DNA of 64,000 bases, taken from assembly GCF_964355755.1 (NCBI RefSeq), contig NC_092673.1:33353648-33417647 (forward strand), given 5' to 3'. Under the pieces are notes generated by a model. The model did no database searches. It was not told the DNA's origin and saw only the letters and a program-made list of their open reading frames with translations. How positions within the stretch are numbered: the stretch's first letter is position 1; each line of letters begins with the position of its first letter. Below are positions 1 through 14,618 of the stretch, piece after piece. The translations under genes and the position numbers were made by a program. The DNA is from Antedon mediterranea (lineage: Eukaryota; Animalia; Echinodermata).

Positions 1-190
1 ATACTATAGGCCTAGAAATAATGAAACCAAACACGACGAAACAAATTTACGACGAGAAAATCAGTATTATCATTTTGCAGTCTATAAATCATAATGATAA
101 AGGGACTAGGCGTTAACACACCAGACGCATTAACAGTATTCTGAATAAGATATGTGAAATAAGTATAGTATACAGTCATATTGCTAATAA

Positions 191-372
191 ACTAGGCCGT
201 TGTGGTCATCCCACTAGGCCGTTGTGGTCATCCCACTAGGCCGTTGTGGTCATCCCACTAGGCCGTTGTGGTCATCCCACTAGGCCGTTGTGGTCATCCC
301 ACTAGGCCGTTGTGGTCATCCCACTAGGCCGTTGTGGTCATCCCACTAGGCCGTTGTGGTCATCCCACTAGG
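191..372. repeat. 22-bp minisatellite (ACTAGGCCGTTGTGGTCATCCC) x8 plus a partial unit
   Basis: Identical head-to-tail units starting at 191, 213 ... 345; no spacers. Confidence 0.97.
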
Positions 373-1818
373 CGTTAAATACACAAAGATCCGCTGCATC
401 AGATACATTAGAAACATTAGAAATAAATTAACTAGGCCATGTAGGCCCAGGCGTTAATACAACAGGAGCTACATTACAGAAAAATGCCATGTGTAGTTAG
501 TGAAGAGATAGTCAGACATGAAATGGTAAAAGACCAGCTGCTGGGCCACTATTTAACATCTGTGAGAGTGACAAAGTTAATCTGGATACTTCTTATATTA
601 ATGCATTATGATGACGATATAAAACTGTTGCATAATTCATGAGAAGCAATTATTCATAAGAATATGGAAATATGTATCATGCGTTATGTGTTGATTTCTG
701 TTGAAAGCAGAATAAAAAGAAATAGTGATGGCCATGCATGAATATTACTGTATATTATAATACTATTATATAATATGTTATATAATATATGCATTTAAAA
801 TAAATAAGTTGACATAAAAAGTTCCCGTTGCAATTTATACTCTTCTCCAGGTAACTAATAACCAAAAAAATGGTAGGCCTAGTAATCCAACGTATACACA
901 TAATTACAATACAATTTCAAATTGACCAATATATAAAGTCAAATAAGAACGAATTTCAGTCAAATAAATTAATACAAATGTCAAGCAAAACGTAGGCCAC
1001 AAAATAATATAAAACATTATCAAAAATATAAGTGTACGGTCGATAAATACGTATGAATAGTCTGTCATAATAGGAATATCCTTCCACGAATAGCTGAGTA
1101 GTATATAATGATTATAATATTATAATTACATAGAGACGGAAATGTCAAAATCTTCAAATAAAGACGAATAATAATAAAGTTTACTTGCTTAGACGTTTTT
1201 AAAATATGTAGCAATGTTATCATTAATTTCTAATTGATATTTTAATTAATCACACTATTCAAAGAAATAGAATCAATTGCTTCGTGTAGGTATTATACGG
1301 TACTAACCGAATGGGTGGGGACGGTGCCTATCATATTATATTCAACGTCAATAAATATTATAATTAATACGGGTTAGATAACGCAATGTATGACAGATGC
1401 TTTGAGCATCGTCTAAGCGCTGGTCAAACATAGAGAACGGCTGTTAGGCCTAAGTAACTGTATACGGTATTTTTAAAGGGGCGTGATGATGCATACTATC
1501 ACACGGTAGAATAAGCCAATATTGGGACGCGTGCATAAACTGATAAGTCATAAAAAATGAACTGATGGAATTTTCGAACAATTTGGATTTATGATGACAT
1601 TAACATTAATGTTTAATAATAATAATGTATAATGAGAGGTATTTAAGGGTTATTGTACGGGGGAGTGATTTGCATATTTTAGTATTTACATTCTTAAATT
1701 GCATAGTAAAAGAATAATAAAAATAATAATCTTACCTTTGTTAACTGTAGAATATAATCATATATAATATAGAAAGCAAATATATAGAATATCACAAATA
1801 ATAAAAAAATCAATAGAT

Positions 1819-1826
1819 AAGGATAT
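1819..1826 (-). other. U12 (minor spliceosome) AT-AC-type 5' splice site
   Basis: Minus strand reads TGG CC|ATATCCTT, the U12 donor consensus, exactly where Cav2 similarity stops. Confidence 0.85.
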
Positions 1827-2045
1827 GGCCAGCTTATTACCCAGTTGGCGCACCGTCGTATAAAATTCTCCTCGCTCAATATGAACAAGGCTCTGTTACT
1901 GCACAGGAAATCCCAGATAAATCGAAAAACGGTTCTTTTTTCCTGGGTCTCGGCCGGCGCCCGACCGCCTCCTTCCCCACCATTTGGTTTGTACGCTACC
2001 TCCATGTTGCTCGTGACGTAACCGGCTGTTGTCAAAGATGACATT
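1827..2045 (-). CDS. Voltage-gated calcium channel alpha1 (Cav2-type, CACNA1A/B/E-like), N-terminal exon before domain I S1; gene continues beyond the left edge
   Basis: Translation ends SNRALFILSEENFIRRCANWVISWP, matching the Cav2 motif NRSLFxxSEDNxxRxxAxxIxEWP. Acceptor ttttttcatcag ends at 2046; the 3' boundary is followed by ATATCCTT (U12 donor). Confidence 0.85.
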
Positions 2046-3353
2046 CTGATGAAAAAAGAACCATTATTAACGCGTCAGTCTTAGATGTACAAAATACAAC
2101 AATTATAATATTACATTCGCCTGTCGTTTCCGTCTGTCTTAACTGCCAAATTTGTACGAAAATTTCTTTTTCAACAACAGCATAAATTCCTTGGTTTATT
2201 GTAGCGCGGCTACGCCATCGTTTTTGCCGCAGTAAAATGTATAGAATCCTTAGTGTAGCAATTAACGTGTGATCGCCAGCAAATGGCTCTGTACAATGTT
2301 ATTTCCTCGCTACAGCTTCTAGCTATGATCACCGAAGCAGCCAAGCGAAATACATATTTATTAATTAATTATTTATGCGGGTTACGGAGTAGCTCGATAT
2401 GCGGGCGGCGACGATCGACAAATTCACACTTTAAAGAGGCAGTCACGTTTAAAATAAAAACTGCAACATTAATAATCATACATTTTAAATATTTATACAA
2501 CTTCTGTCAACATTTTATTTACTGATTACAGCATTGGTCTCGTTGGCTTATACGAAACGCTTGACTGCACAAACGCAGTTTTTCTAACAATAGCAGACAT
2601 TTTTAGAACAATACTTAGCACACGACACAGCTAATTTGCTTATAGATTATTAACATTTGCTCATAAATAATTCATTATTACAACTAGATATTAGCATAAC
2701 TGAAGGAAAACAGTTTTTCATTTAATATTGGTTTAACTTTCTGATGTTTCCGATAATAGCAGTTTTATATAATAATGTTATGCAAATTGAAAAATTGTCA
2801 TACTTGTCTGATTAAAAAAAGGGATCTAGAATACGAGGTATTCTCTGTAAACAGATTTGGCAGGGATGCCTATCCCTTCCCCCACACTAAACATTCTGCC
2901 AAATAGGGGAGCGCGAGTAAGTAATGTGACATTTTGGTTGGAACTTTTTTTCCGCGGAACCCAATGTAACTCGGTGATACTTTAATGCTCAAATTGAATT
3001 CTAAATTTTGAATCCTCAGTACTGCTGGAGGAATGATTGCAATTGAGGGCCATCTATTGCCGGCCCTATTTTGTCCGCCATTAAGGATCTATTTTGGAAC
3101 ATAAAACGTATGGTAACTCCAATTTTGGACCACGTATGAACTTTATTTCGTTGTCAAATCGTACAATATCATGACCAAGTCCGATGGTACAATTTGTACT
3201 ACTAGCAAATGTTGGCCATATTTGATTCCAAGATGGCTGCCATTAAAATGTTGCTGGATTTTATGTATTCAATTATCTATACTTAAAAGTAAGATAAACC
3301 ACTGTTTATAGGTTGATATCAGGTTTATCAAACTAACTATGGGTATCCTATAA

Positions 3354-3514
3354 AGCACTGCCTACACTATCAAACTAGTTTGACAAAAAAAATGTGATGT
3401 GCCCAAATATGGTGGTAGTAATATGCCCAAATATGGTAGTGTGGCATCATCATGTCCATATATGGCCACATTACATTTTGTTGTCACATAAAGTCTGATA
3501 GTGTAGACAGGGCT
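3354..3514. mobile_element. Harbinger/Tourist-like MITE, family B
   Basis: Terminal inverted repeats agcactgcctacactatca...tgatagtgtagacagggct, TAA on both sides, internal gatgtgcccaaatatgg motifs; several other copies in the window. Confidence 0.75.
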
Positions 3515-6178
3515 TAACGCTTATAAAAAAAATTGTGTTCCTGTATAATTATAAACATTACATACACACATCTTGTTTTAATCTCCTTACTAATGTAGCG
3601 AAGGATGTTAATGTTTACCAATTTTGATTACTTTCTTAGAAGAATTGGTCTCGGTAGTACAGTTTGAGGTATTTATGGAAAATAAATTCAACAGGGATGG
3701 ACAAAAGATGTATAAACGTAGATTAAGCCTACACAGTATTTGGAATGTGAGATATTAAAATATGGTACACAGTAGAAACCCTCCTGAACACCACTTTTAA
3801 TCGGGGACATCACTTCTATTTGAGCATCACTAATATTTGGGGAAACAAATCCTATTCAGGGCATTCTCTATTAACGGGACATTTGCCAGTAAGAAGAACA
3901 AGGGACAATATGTTTTAACATTACGGCAAACTCCTAGTGGAAACTGTGTTGACTCCCAAAGGTGACCACAGTTTTACAGTCTTAAAAAAACAATGATATT
4001 CAGTTTTTAAAGAAAGAGCCTTCCAACGATTACAAGACAAACTATACTGTAAGATGTCCTCCTAAAACAACACTTTAAATAGAGACTAAACAATGAATAG
4101 GCTTACTTATTTAATGAAAATTGTTTTAAAATATAATAACACTACCCCTTTAAATTAGCAATCACTCGAGAAACTGCGCATGCGTATGAAGGACGATATG
4201 CTCTGTACACATGCATTATTATTGGTTTTTCTTCTTCATAATAAGTTCATATTGATTCGGGATGTTAGTAAATATTACATGGTATCACTCTATTAATTCT
4301 TGTTAGTAATTTCTAGCAAAGATGATTCTGCTCGGTTTAAATCATGTTTGAAACGAATAATTATAATATTTTGATGAAATGAAGAAACTGTATATGCGCA
4401 GAGAGCTGAATTTATTTTGTAGCGTGACGTTGCATGGCAATTACATATCATTTGGTTATTCGTCGTGTAGTATGGGTAGGATGATGGGCTATATAAAGGA
4501 GATGAGAAATGTTATAGTCAACATCTTCGTGGAATATTTATATAGACTTAAAGATGTATTGTCCCCCTGAAAAAAATGGTTAAATATGCCCTTTTAATGT
4601 CACATACTAGTTATGTTGGAATTCAATAGGCTTTTAGTTGGATTTAACCGTTTATTTTGTGTTTTTATAAGTGAAACTTAACGTTTTTAAGGGTTTTTTT
4701 CTACGTAAGGGATTAACTTATATAATGAAACTGCGAAATGGTATAGGCCTATTCAAAGTGTTTTTGTTTGTTATTAATCTTCATTCTTCATATTTTTTGG
4801 AGGTGTGCTAAATTTTAAAAGACAGTTAAAGTATAGGCCAAAGTAACAGCCTATTAAAATACATATAATTATAAATATAATGGTGATGATATACTTATTG
4901 TAAATTCACTACAAGTCCTTATTTTTAAAATTAAACTTAGGCCTACAATATTGTAATTTCTTAATCAACCACTACCGTATTTATAATTACAATATGATTG
5001 TAAACAATACGAACAATACATCTACCGAAAACATAATATAATTTCTTTTTGATTGATATTGTTTAGAGCGTATTCATCGAACTATAAACTTAATACAATT
5101 ATTCATTAATATTCAATAACGTTTACAGTCACTAACATGCGCGATGTGGCATGCGCAGATAGAGGTGCGCCTTACGGTCTTATTCAGACGATTTTACGTA
5201 GCGACATACATACATTATACGTTTGCCGTTAAAACGCATAATATAAACTGCAGTAAAGTGGCGTGAAAGTAGCTGTAATTTTGTCACTGCCGGTCAGTGC
5301 TCTCGTGTCAATAGATACTTGTCAAATGTGACACCTTTTGTGATAGTGACACGCGACAAAGTCATTGATATACAGTTAGCCGGATGCCAGAATCGACAGC
5401 AAAGATCAGACAACGCACCTGCATGTATATTGTTACAACAATCCGTTAATCACACCAAAAAGAAACACTAGTACACGCGCGTATAAAAACCGGTAAAGTA
5501 TTATCATTGTTTAAACGCGCGCGTAACACATTATTATGTGCCCGCTTAGACTTTATTTACCCAGGTAAGTTGTTTTCACTTACCACCCGGATAAACTAAC
5601 CTGAATGGAACCTGTTTCTCCATGATTTGCAACTTTGCAAATAAATATATGTATCTTGTAAGCTCATCATTTATTTTGTGATGGATACAAAAAATGATTT
5701 TGAAAAGAATACAAAAAGGGCATAATGGGCAATAACACCCACTCCGCCGACACAACCACAACAAAGCGACGGCACCGCTTCAACAATACTGAAACCAATA
5801 TCAGGTTTAATTTAATACCAAGTGTATTAGAAACTTCTCCAGAAGAGATAATTTGTATTCACGAAATCATTTCCTAAGTGCTAAGCCTGTGGAGCTGCGA
5901 AGAGGAGCGGTGCTTTAGGTACCCGTTGCCCCGTAGTAATCTGTACGGCCAGAACGAACAACTGTGAAAACAAGGGAATAGCACGCTAACGATTAAACAC
6001 GTGTCCAAGTGTGTTGTAATATAAAACTGTATTATTAGTTGGTATATACGGTGTAGGTGGTAATTGATAATTCAAAAATTAAAATTTGAAATGATTTTAC
6101 CACTAGCTAAAGTTATTGAAGACGAAATTGAGTATTGGGTGTTGGGATTGCCTACAGCCTTTTTTTGTTGATGTATTA

Positions 6179-6351
6179 AGGCCAACTTATAGACGAGTGG
6201 TAACGGTAAGCAATAATCGGAAAACAAAAAATGTAGAATCTTCTTTGTTGTTTCTTATGACCATTTACACAAAACGCGGAGCGAAAACCGCTCAGGATAG
6301 ATACAGATTCTACGTGTAACCAGCTACGCGCTTGTCTGTCTAAATTGGCGT
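6179..6351. mobile_element. MITE family C, degenerate copy
   Basis: aggccaacttatagacga...tgtctgtctaaattggcg; shares internal tagaatct and acagattctacg motifs with the 7239 and 22632 copies. Confidence 0.55.
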
Positions 6352-7238
6352 TTATTGGTACAAAATATAATAATCAATAATTGCTTATATTCACCGGTAA
6401 ATGTTAGGTTATTTTGAATAATGTATACCTGAATATAATTTTAAAAATAATAGTACATTGCAATACACATTAGAATAGTATTGATGTAAGCCTACACAAT
6501 AATTATGCATGTACAACGATGTAATTCATTAGGGACATAAGAAGACGGCATGTTGCGGTATGCACCATCAAGATTGTTTTCTACTTATAGTCAAATTTAT
6601 TCACGAGGAATATATATTTACGCAACTAATCAGAGATTTGCCTAGTGGAAGCAATGCTTAAAGGAGAAAATAAAACGTAGGAACGAAAGTAGATGAATGA
6701 GCTATGGTGTGCCAAGGGTTAATTAGCGTAATGAAGACCCCTTAAGTAGAAGTGAAATCCGAACTAATCAGCGGTTCATAGACCTTAAACTTGTTCAAGT
6801 AATTGAAGCGTATCATATTCTAACCCAAGATTTGTTCCATGATGAAGACTAGATACACCGTATGCGTCCGACCTTAACATCAGACAACCAAGATAGAAGC
6901 TTACAACTGAAACAACATTCATTTAATTGAATAATTATGTAGTGCTAGGGGGTCAATTGAATGTCACGCATGCGCAGTTTAATTTCAACAAAGTTCCCTT
7001 ACCCGTAACTTGCAAGCGTACAGTATTATCATTATTATAATCTATACCACAATGTTATTCTGCTAGTAAATACTATGCAAGACTATTATTTGACTGGTAG
7101 ATGGACATTAATTAATTTCTATTTATAAATTTACGAATTTTATTTTGATTTGATTGAGACAAACATTATTCCCACAGGGAAACGCACGAATGGAACGCAT
7201 TTATCTATCTAGTTCGCTATAGTGTTCTATATGCGTAA

Positions 7239-7434
7239 AGGCCAATTTACACAGATGGGCGGTAACGGTAATAGAAATATAGAATCTATGTAGTATGTTA
7301 TTGACTATGACGATTTACATAAAACGCCGATCGAGCAGCCACGGACGGGAGGTTTCCACTCATATAAACAGATTCTACGCGGAAGTTACGTGGGTTTCCA
7401 CTACCTGTTGCCACTCGTATGTGTAAATTTGCCT
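7239..7434. mobile_element. Harbinger-like MITE, family C
   Basis: TIRs aggccaatttacaca...tgtgtaaatttgcct flanked by TAA/TTA. Confidence 0.65.
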
Positions 7435-7732
7435 TTACAATAACAATAGTTCATAAGGCGGAGATCCTTGCCACGAGCCGGTGACGCGTGTTGACCTGTG
7501 GTGACGCGTGTTGACCCGCTGACGCGTGCCGATAAGTTTCCAAAATACTATAAACTACAATCTTTACTTCCGATTGAAATATATTGGTCCTTTAATGGAG
7601 AGTTCATATCATTGCTAATCTTAATGCAATTTAATCAAGGGAGGTGTAACATAGAGAAATATATTTATAACGCCCTGGTAAACTACATATTAAACGGTTA
7701 GGATCAGGAAGTCTGTGACAAAAATATGCACA

Positions 7733-7802
7733 ATCCGAGCGAGATTCGAACCCGGATTCTACTACTTGACATGCATACATCCTACCATTAGACCACTTAG
7801 GC
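7733..7802 (-). other. tRNA-derived sequence (SINE head or tRNA pseudogene)
   Basis: Minus strand has A-box-like TGGTCTAATGG and B-box GGTTCGAATC at tRNA-like spacing; stems pair poorly. Confidence 0.55.
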
Positions 7803-9512
7803 TTTCATGGTGTGTTATATATTTATTGAAACAACGCTCGTCAATAGAATGTATAACGTCACAACTTATAAATATATAACTTATAACGTAAAACATAACG
7901 TATATAACTATAATAACAAGACGCGCGTGTGATAGCATCCGTGATTACGCCAAATTGAAAACAAAATGGGGTTAGTCACGGAAGTTATCACAACACAAAA
8001 TAGTTGTGTTAATTCATTATGAAATATTAATTTACAAATCGTCGTATTATTAGCTGTACACTTTGTTTGTTATTCAGTCATAAACAGACGAACCAGATGA
8101 CATTTTAAAAGTATCAGGCATTAAAGTAATCAATTTTATGAATATATTAATAAATTAAATATCCGTTATCATAAAGATCAACTTTAATTCATACAGTTAC
8201 GTGATCAGCTATCATAAAAATATGAAATTGTATGAGTTAAAGATACCCAAACACGTGAGTCACACACTTTTCTTTTGCAAATGAATTGTATTTCAATAAA
8301 TTTTATAAATCATTTTTTTTTTCACATACCGGTGGATCTGAATCTAATTTCAATTATTTTCGCAGACAATATTAAACGAGAAGTATTCAATTTTACGTTT
8401 TCTACTTATTTAACCTAGAAAAACTGCGGAGTGTACACACACTTTTACACACGCGGACGTTTTGTATCGTGGGTGTGAAAAAGTGAGGAACCCGGAGCTA
8501 CCCTTTAAGCCAATCGAATACGGGTATAAGTTTACTTTAACGGTTTACTTTTCTGGGTTTTTTTATATTTAATTTTTTTTTATTGGCAATCAGATGTTGT
8601 GACGTCATCTTATGGCCAGTTGAATATAAATGATGAAACCGCCACTAACAGGTTGAATAAATTCATGCAATTCAATGCATTAGTAGAGCAATCGAATGGG
8701 CATTTATTCGCAAGATTTATTTAAAATTAATAATTTATAAAGTTTTTAAAAAGATATCTTTATCAACTGGAAAAAATGTCCTGGCCTCAGTGTACTGTAG
8801 GCCTACTAAGGACGAATTCGAAGTGACGTAAGCAAAAGAGTAGATGGCCAAAGCCACTGTGGTACCTACGGATGATCCACACGTAGGACAGTGCCCTGGG
8901 CTATGGCTACTCTTTGGATGATGTCTAAATGGCATAGCCAAAGTCATGAGATGAGGCCTAGGGAACTGTAACCTACGAACCTAATGCAAGAAACGCAACA
9001 CAAAGACGTGAACGCAACGTAAGTGATTTGACCAATCACAAGGCGATGGATTATTCGAACATTCGGCCGCCATTGGTCAACTTCAACGCTGTGTCTTCGT
9101 CCGTGCGTTGCATCACGTCCGTGCGTTGCGTCTACGTACTTTTCGTTGCGTCTATAGTGGGACCAAGTTTAAGAACGGGGTGACATAAACAAAAAAGTAT
9201 AGCCTTTAGCCTAGGAAAAGAGGTCTACGAACCTATAGAGATAAAGAGTCATCAGCAAATGAGTGTTATGACTAATTCAATTAATTTGGAAACAAAGTTT
9301 AATAATTCATCTATACGATATCGTTTAGAATAAAATATGACACATGTCAATAAGGTAAGTGTGTAGGCGTTATCAGTTTCTTAAAGAGCGAACTTTATAC
9401 ATACGTTCTTCTTCTAAAATAGCGTCAACATGACGAGATGTAAGCCCACGCTGAAATATAACTAATATGATGGTGGCAAAAATTAACCAGTGTTATTTGA
9501 AAAAAAGCGTAA

Positions 9513-9621
9513 AGCTCTGTGCACACTATGTGTGTGATGTGCCTATATATGGACACGATGACATCATATCACTGCCATATTTGGGCACATCACACTTGTT
9601 GTTGACAGTGTAGACAGCGTT
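9513..9621. mobile_element. MITE family B, internally deleted copy
   Basis: agctctgtgcacactat...acagtgtagacagcgt ends with family-B internal sequence. Confidence 0.65.
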
Positions 9622-11342
9622 TAAGACCTAAGAACCGAAACAGTGTCAGGTCTACAGCTCTTATTTTGTTATTGTTCCAAATTCCCAGGCCCACTAAATT
9701 TCGAAATGTACAGTGCAAAGGAGAGGATATTATGTTAAGATCAGTGCTTAATGCAACTGAATACAGAGATAGCCAAGTTAAGATCAGTGCTTAATGCCAC
9801 TGAATACATAGATAGCCAAGTTTTCTCAACAAATACGACGACGAGGATGTCCCAGTGTGCTGAATTTAATATACAGCGCAGTTCGTCACAAAAATGATGC
9901 ACACTGAATATAAAAACTGACTAACTTATGCTGCTCAATCGATACACGAACGATATCATGTCTAGTGTCAATAAACAGCGGGCACTATCGTGAATTCTGA
10001 CAGAGAGCTCTATCCCATGGGAAACTGAGCCTCCTGATACTATACAGTATAGCCTCTTCTCTTAAAAGCGTTATGTAAATGGATTTCTGCCAGCCAACGT
10101 GGTCGTTAAAAGTTAATATTTATGGGTTGGATGCTGTGGTATAAGCCTGTTGCAGTCAGCAGACACGATACTGTAGATTGTTTATGGTTATTAGACATAG
10201 TAAGTTAAGTAAAGTCGGCTGGTATGCTCAGCAAGGTACGAAAGAAACCGCTTCATTTCTACATGGTTAAATATATTTGATCAGTTTAAGTTAAAGAATT
10301 CAAATTGTATGGATATATTACAAACAGCATCTTGACATTTTAAATGTATCATTGCAACGTATGTTGGTAAAAACATGAGCGATCATACAAACGGCATTTG
10401 TAACAAATGACGCATACAAATCGAAATACAAATGTTAACATTTTAATACGCAAGTATGGCTTCACTAATGACATTACATAGTTTTTGAACGGTGTTCTAT
10501 TAGTGGACATCTGTATACATATCTTAGTAACGAGGAGAAGCGTTATATGAATTTATAAATATACTTATTTGGATATTAAGAGAGGCATTAGAACTATTTT
10601 CTTGCCTTTAGGTTTCTACAAGTTAAGAAATCGTTAATTCGTCAATGGTAAAAGAGACATTATATTATTACGCGCGCCTACAATTATTGATGATACGAGT
10701 CTTTACGCGCGCGTCGACTTCTGTGTTAAATTCCCTCTTTTAGGTCTACACAGCAGGGCTACTGATGCATTTGTATTCGTACATAATATTAAAGTATGAG
10801 CTTTTTGGATCGAATTGTGTACCACGTCAAACAAGATGCCTTTATTTAACCATTATTTAACCCAATTGATGCGTATAAATATAATATAAACTGATCATTG
10901 TACCTTTCAATGCCGCTACTGTAAGATCAATACATTAAATGAGTAGGCCTAGTTGTAGCATTTTACGAGATATCTGTTCAATAAATGATGATATATTTTT
11001 ATCTTACTCCTGAATTAAAATATATGCTTACGACTAAATAGACATATATAATGCGATGTGTTCGTTTTTAAAGTAAAATTGTCGTTTTATACCGAATGAA
11101 ATGATAGTCTGCTGCAATGTATATACCAATATCGTAAGGGATCATCTGAGAAAATGTTACTGTGGGAGGGAATGTTAATTTTTCGCGTGGCAATATAATT
11201 ATTGATGGCGACTTAATCCTATACGATTACTTGGTCATTAATAAAACTCCGGGATCGTCTCCTATATTTGTATTTTCTTCATACATTATCAATATGAAAG
11301 TGGATGGACCGACTAACCGACCGACGGACATACCAACGCTAA

Positions 11343-11504
11343 AGCTCTGTCTACACTATCAAATTGTATGTGACAAAACAATGTGATGTGCCCATATATG
11401 GACTCGATGATGTCATATCACTACTATATTTGGGAATATAACTACCATATTTAGGCACATGACAGTTTTTTTTTTCAAACTAGTTTGATAGTGTAGACAG
11501 AGCT
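11343..11504. mobile_element. MITE family B, near-intact
   Basis: Perfect TIR AGCTCTGTCTACACTATCAAA / TTTGATAGTGTAGACAGAGCT with TAA target-site duplication. Confidence 0.85.
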
Positions 11505-13651
11505 TAACATTCCAAATTATATTCAATGACAAATGGTTTTATTGAGAAAGATTTTGAGAAGTTATTTTCGACAAGTTTGGTTGGTTTTCAGGGACTGCTC
11601 AACCTCCAGAAGATATATATAAATGTTGATTTGTTGAAAAGTAACTTTCATATTTATTTGTTCTCTACCAACGAGATGAATATAAAAGTTTTTCTCGTTA
11701 TCTCAATGGAAATGTTTTCAATTTATGCATATTGCATCTATTTAATTGTTTTATGTATTTTTCAGTTTTTATTGTTCAGATTTTACCTTATTTGTCATCT
11801 GGACGAATAAATGACACGTTTAAACTGTTTCAAATGAAAAAAAATCTAAAGACAGTTCCAATAATTATGGTAAAAATCTAGGTGCCAAGAAAAACGTCTT
11901 TCTAAGCTTAGCGTCTAATAAAATGTTATCAGATGTAATCTGGTTTTATAGGCCTACCCGATTCTCAGTGCCGTATCTTCACATTATGACAACATTTACC
12001 CAGTATCATGGAATATTCGGTAAAACAGCAGCTCATGTGTATCCCATGGTGCCTGTATCATACGGGTTAGGTATAGTCTAAAATACTACAGATACAGTAC
12101 TGGGAATCGGTTGGTTTGTAGCCTAATCTAATTATATCTTGTCTTGTCAATTCAGTAAGACAATGAATAATGTTACCGATGTTGGCTTAAATAATATCGA
12201 TTTTAGTGATTGGAAAGTGATCGTGTAGAAACAAAGCTTTGTGTATGTCAACCGAATTTGATGTTATATCGACTGGTATGAGCATTATAATCAATAATGT
12301 TTGTTATATCGACTGGTATGAGCATTATAATCAATACTGTCTGCAGATAGCTACAGCCGAAAACAAGTCAGGTAGGGAAAAGGAGTAATCGGCGATAGTG
12401 CTGGACGAATGGAACGTAATAGGAACCTAAACGGTAAAGATGAGCCCGTCAACGTAGGCTCGAATTTTGGTATGCTTGATCACCGGGTAATATTATATCC
12501 AAGCGCTCTTGTTATACCACCGGGATGGACAGATATGTGGGTAGCAATGCCTGGTATTCTTGAACTCTAAAAAAGCACGTATGGCTCACGTACTCTTTCT
12601 TACGCACGCACAAGTGAGTGAATCTTCCTGCTCCATGATCTGTTAACATAAGGTCGTAGGCTCGAATCCCACTTTGATCAAATCATGGTATAGTGTTGAT
12701 AGTTGAGCATTAATTATAAATACAGCTGATTACATTGTGTTTGTGCAAAAAAATATTTCTAATTTAAATATTATTTGCATATTGCATTTTATTCGAATGT
12801 TTTGTTCTTATCCATTTTCTCATAAACGTAGTAACATGCACAGCAATTTTCTTACGTAGCAATTTTAGTTACAATTCCTTTTAGCGTTGCAAATAATATG
12901 CAAATGCTAACATTCTGTCATACGAATTGAAGCAGTCTTCTTTTTTTTATTCATGCGTCACACGAAAACAACAATAATGATGACCAACCACATTAGTGAT
13001 GACGTCACAGTGACTCGGGGTCATTTTCTGCATATAAGCAGCTAGCAGCTTAATACTTGAGTTCTTCGGTTGATTGGAAACAAGATGCGAATTTCGCATA
13101 ATCGATTTTCCTCAACGCGTAATCTGTGTTAAACGTATGATGAACGCTGCAGCCAAACCCGGGATGAATATAATGTTGCAATAATGATAACACAAATTGA
13201 AGAGAGTATGAACACGTGACGTACGTGCATATATAAAAAGGTAATACAATTTGTCTACATAAAATACATATAAGACTATTATATTAGATTGTACATATTA
13301 TTCAGAGATGAGATCTACTGCAGAAAACATTTCTGAGAAAATGACATCGTAATAATATCATGAGATATTAAAACTGATCAATCGGGTTGGCCATGTACGG
13401 TATCATTCAAAAATATAATTTTGTCTGCATAAAATACACAAAACTATGTTAGAGGCCTACACTGTAATATATTACTTATAGATCTCCTGCAGTAACCATT
13501 TCTGGAAAAATGACAACTAGGCCTAATTACAGGATGGATTTTCCTGCAGTAACCATTTCTGGGAAAATGACAACTAGGCCTAATTAAATTATGGATTTTC
13601 AAATTTCTGATGTCCTTCATGGTGGTGGGCCTATGCCTACATTATATTTAG

Positions 13652-14017
13652 AGATGTATTGTCCACCAAAATTGACAAATAGCCTAATGATGAATAAAAT
13701 AAAATGTTGCATAGACCATTCTGCAGTTGTAATAAATATATTTCGAAAGGATAACAAAATTACGCCAGGAAAAAATTAAAAAAACAAAACTAAAAATACC
13801 GTAATGATTTCGTTTAATAGAAAAAGACAAGGAGAGAATCCACATTTAACTAAAACCCGTTAAATTCTGGGCAATGAATGGGCTTCCAGTTCAATTTTTT
13901 CTTTAAATTACAGTATTTGGGTAAATATTTTTTCCTGATCTTTATTATTACTGTATACTGTATTAAAACAGCTATTCAACATGTTTTAAAACTGTTTTTC
14001 CGGGGAACAATATATCT
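13652..14017. mobile_element. Kolobok-like non-autonomous DNA transposon, degenerate
   Basis: Ends agatgtattgtcc...gaacaatatatct|ttaa resemble the 60109-60648 element; related ends at about 4552 and 49240. Confidence 0.5.
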
Positions 14018-14420
14018 TTAAATATAAAGAATCGTCTGTCTCGGTTGCCCATGTTTTAACTGTATATTACACTGTTTGTGGCTGTATCGCCTTAACGTTC
14101 AATTAAACATCTATCGATTAAAGTTGTTTGGATGAATATGCGAACACCACTAAATTAAGTACATCAACATGTACTCTACAAAATATATTTGGCAAGTATA
14201 ATTTTATTTTTAAATGAGATTTCACTTTGCATAACGAGGTTGCCATGGTTACATAATATCATTAATGTGTGGTAATTCGTGTATAACATTTGTGTTAAAC
14301 AATTTCTTAAACGTTCTAGCATGAGATATTTCTCCATAAAAAATGTGCATTACCTCTAAATATAAATACAATGGAAAGGACCAAGGAGATACATTCGGAA
14401 CCTAAAAAGTGTCCCCCTTC

Positions 14421-14618
14421 AGCTTGGTTCCCACTAGAACGTAACGCAAGGACGTGAACGTAACGCAAGGACGTAAACGCAACGCAAGCGTTTTAACCAA
14501 TGACAAGCGAAGTTATAGACAGTTAGCAATCACAAGCGAATAAGCCATCGCTTGTGATTGGTCAATTCACTTGCGTTGCGTTAGGTCCTTGTGTTGCGTC
14601 GCTAGTGGCAACCAAGCT
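14421..14618. mobile_element. MITE family A
   Basis: TIRs agcttggttcccactag...ctagtggcaaccaagct; palindromic body with aacgcaag subrepeats. Confidence 0.85.

Noticed and set aside
191-372. Regular short repeats as a CRISPR array (also 17960-18287, 20464-20623, 29076-29231)
   Set aside because: Units are contiguous with no unique spacers, there are no cas genes, and the context is eukaryotic.
1694-1826. Hydrophobic ORF tail (YLLIFLLFVIFYIF) as a transmembrane segment
   Set aside because: Lies after the U12 donor; T-rich intron read-through that does not match Cav S1.
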